A DNA stretch of 64,000 nt from an uncultured virus (IMG/VR IMGVR_UViG_3300042564_002756) (taxonomy: Duplodnaviria; Heunggongvirae; Uroviricota; Caudoviricetes), in IMG/VR virus record IMGVR_UViG_3300042564_002756, positions 1 to 64,000 of that record; one strand, given 5' to 3'. Positions 62,890-64,000 of this stretch are shown here, in pieces. Position 1 is the stretch's first letter. Each line of letters starts with the position of its first letter. A model generated the notes under the pieces. The model did not search any database. It was not told the DNA's origin and worked only from the letters and a program-made list of their open reading frames with translations. Both the position numbers and the translations under genes were made by a program.

Positions 62890-63998
62890 CAATCGCCGCC
62901 TTTCAGCAAAAACGAGTTGGAAATGGTTTTGAAGCTGAAGCTCGGGTCTTCATTGCACTTCCACACAAGGCCTTCGCGGATTTTGTGACTGATACTTGGT
63001 CCTTCTGCAAGAGCAAGACCTTCGTCAACGCTGTTAGGCGCTTTCCAGTCAGTGCCAAGAACAGGAACATGATCTAGCTCATGAAAATCGGCAACCCATT
63101 GGCGATTTGCCGGAGTAAGGTATTCGTGCTTTACAATGTCAAAAATGTCGAATACAAAGAAACGATGTTCCTTAAAGTTTTCACGGTTACCTTGGATCGA
63201 AGGCCCGCACATTTCTCCCTGAAATGCTAGACCATCTTTGATCTTATCACCAATCTTGAGAGCCATAGCAACAAAGGTGTTGCCTGCATTTTCTTCATTG
63301 ATCTTGAGCTCAAGGTTACGACTGCAAACACGAAGAACACCTTCCCAGCGGAAGATTGTGCAACTCGAACCGTCCAGTTTCATTGTAACTTCGTAGGTAG
63401 GTTCTTGGAAGTCAGCAGGAACAACGACAGGATGCTCTTGAAGAGTCTGAGTCTCAGCATTCCAGACCTTCTCAGTAGCAAACCTCTTGGCCCGCTTTTG
63501 AATATCACCAAAACAGTTCTGAATACGCTCTTGATCGGTCTTGGGGATCAAGGAAGTCGGAAACATACCCACAGCTTGGCCTTGAAGCTGAGCAGGAATT
63601 GGAGATTCCCACTTTTGGATGCCGAGGTATTCAGTGCAGTCGTATCCTTCAGACAATGATACTGAAGTATCATTTGCACCAAACCAAACTACATCTTTCT
63701 CATCTTCTGGATTTGTTGCTCGTGGGCCAAAGACATCAAGAATGTCGGTATCGAGTAGAAGCCCTTGAGAAACCTGACCACGCAAGCGAATAGTTCGTAG
63801 ACGTTCGCCTTTCACTCCGTTGTATTCGCGCGGTTCATTGCCTTTCGACAAGAAAGGAGCAAGTTCAGTTGGGACCCAAGCGTCAATTTCAATGTAGGCT
63901 GCAAGGTCACCGACCGCAAACTCACTTTTTTTCACTACGACTTTCCAGCCGTCAATAGTTGCTACTTCGATGGCGTCAGCACCTTCGATGGGCTGAAT
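62889..63998 (-). CDS. RNA ligase (Rnl2-like, DRB0094 family); 5' end beyond the window
   Basis: IQPIEGADAIE; RLRGQ.SQGL; PKTD.ERIQN; KLDGSS; EG.V.K; FK.IS. Confidence 0.9.
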   Translation of the reverse strand: MQPIEGADAIEVATIDGWKVVVKKSEFAVGDLAAYIEIDAWVPTELAPFLSKGNEPREYNGVKGERLRTIRLRGQVSQGLLLDTDILDVFGPRATNPEDEKDVVWFGANDTSVSLSEGYDCTEYLGIQKWESPIPAQLQGQAVGMFPTSLIPKTDQERIQNCFGDIQKRAKRFATEKVWNAETQTLQEHPVVVPADFQEPTYEVTMKLDGSSCTIFRWEGVLRVCSRNLELKINEENAGNTFVAMALKIGDKIKDGLAFQGEMCGPSIQGNRENFKEHRFFVFDIFDIVKHEYLTPANRQWVADFHELDHVPVLGTDWKAPNSVDEGLALAEGPSISHKIREGLVWKCNEDPSFSFKTISNSFLLKGGD

Positions 63999-64000
63999 AT

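Noticed and set aside
40984..63793. Numerous plus-strand ORFs in the right half (e.g. 40984, 45753, 51838, 62469)
   Set aside because: They overlap well-supported minus-strand genes and lack motifs or RBS

Overview
This window is part of a large AT-rich T4-like myovirus genome. The host is most likely an alphaproteobacterium, inferred from a phage-encoded GapR and GANTC sites in the early promoters. 1-9 kb (+): a giant, nearly proline-free collagen-like (Gly-Phe-Thr/Gly-Ser-X) fibre gene, open at the window start, followed by modular fibre, adhesin and chaperone genes. 9-20 kb (+): a ten-gene glycosyltransferase/methyltransferase/sugar-nucleotide cluster under T4 late promoters (TATAAATA). 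20-37 kb (+): the T4 neck-tail-terminase-head module (gp13-gp23), with a GIY-YIG-like endonuclease inserted before a gp14 that has no ATG/GTG/TTG start at its expected N-terminus, an extra ATPase-only terminase paralog and a repeat-rich prohead-core protein. 37-64 kb (-): early/middle and accessory genes (GapR, GuaC, PTH2, DUF932, SpoT/Mesh1-like HD, Acb1, PAAR, PhoH, RNase H, RuvC-like, RNA ligase). This part includes an array of small genes, each preceded by a near-identical 46-bp sigma70 promoter cassette. The best candidates for new biology are a late-expressed virion-fibre glycosylation system, the GANTC-bearing promoter-cassette array, and several RNA-structure switches. All calls come from motif recognition by eye; no searches were run.
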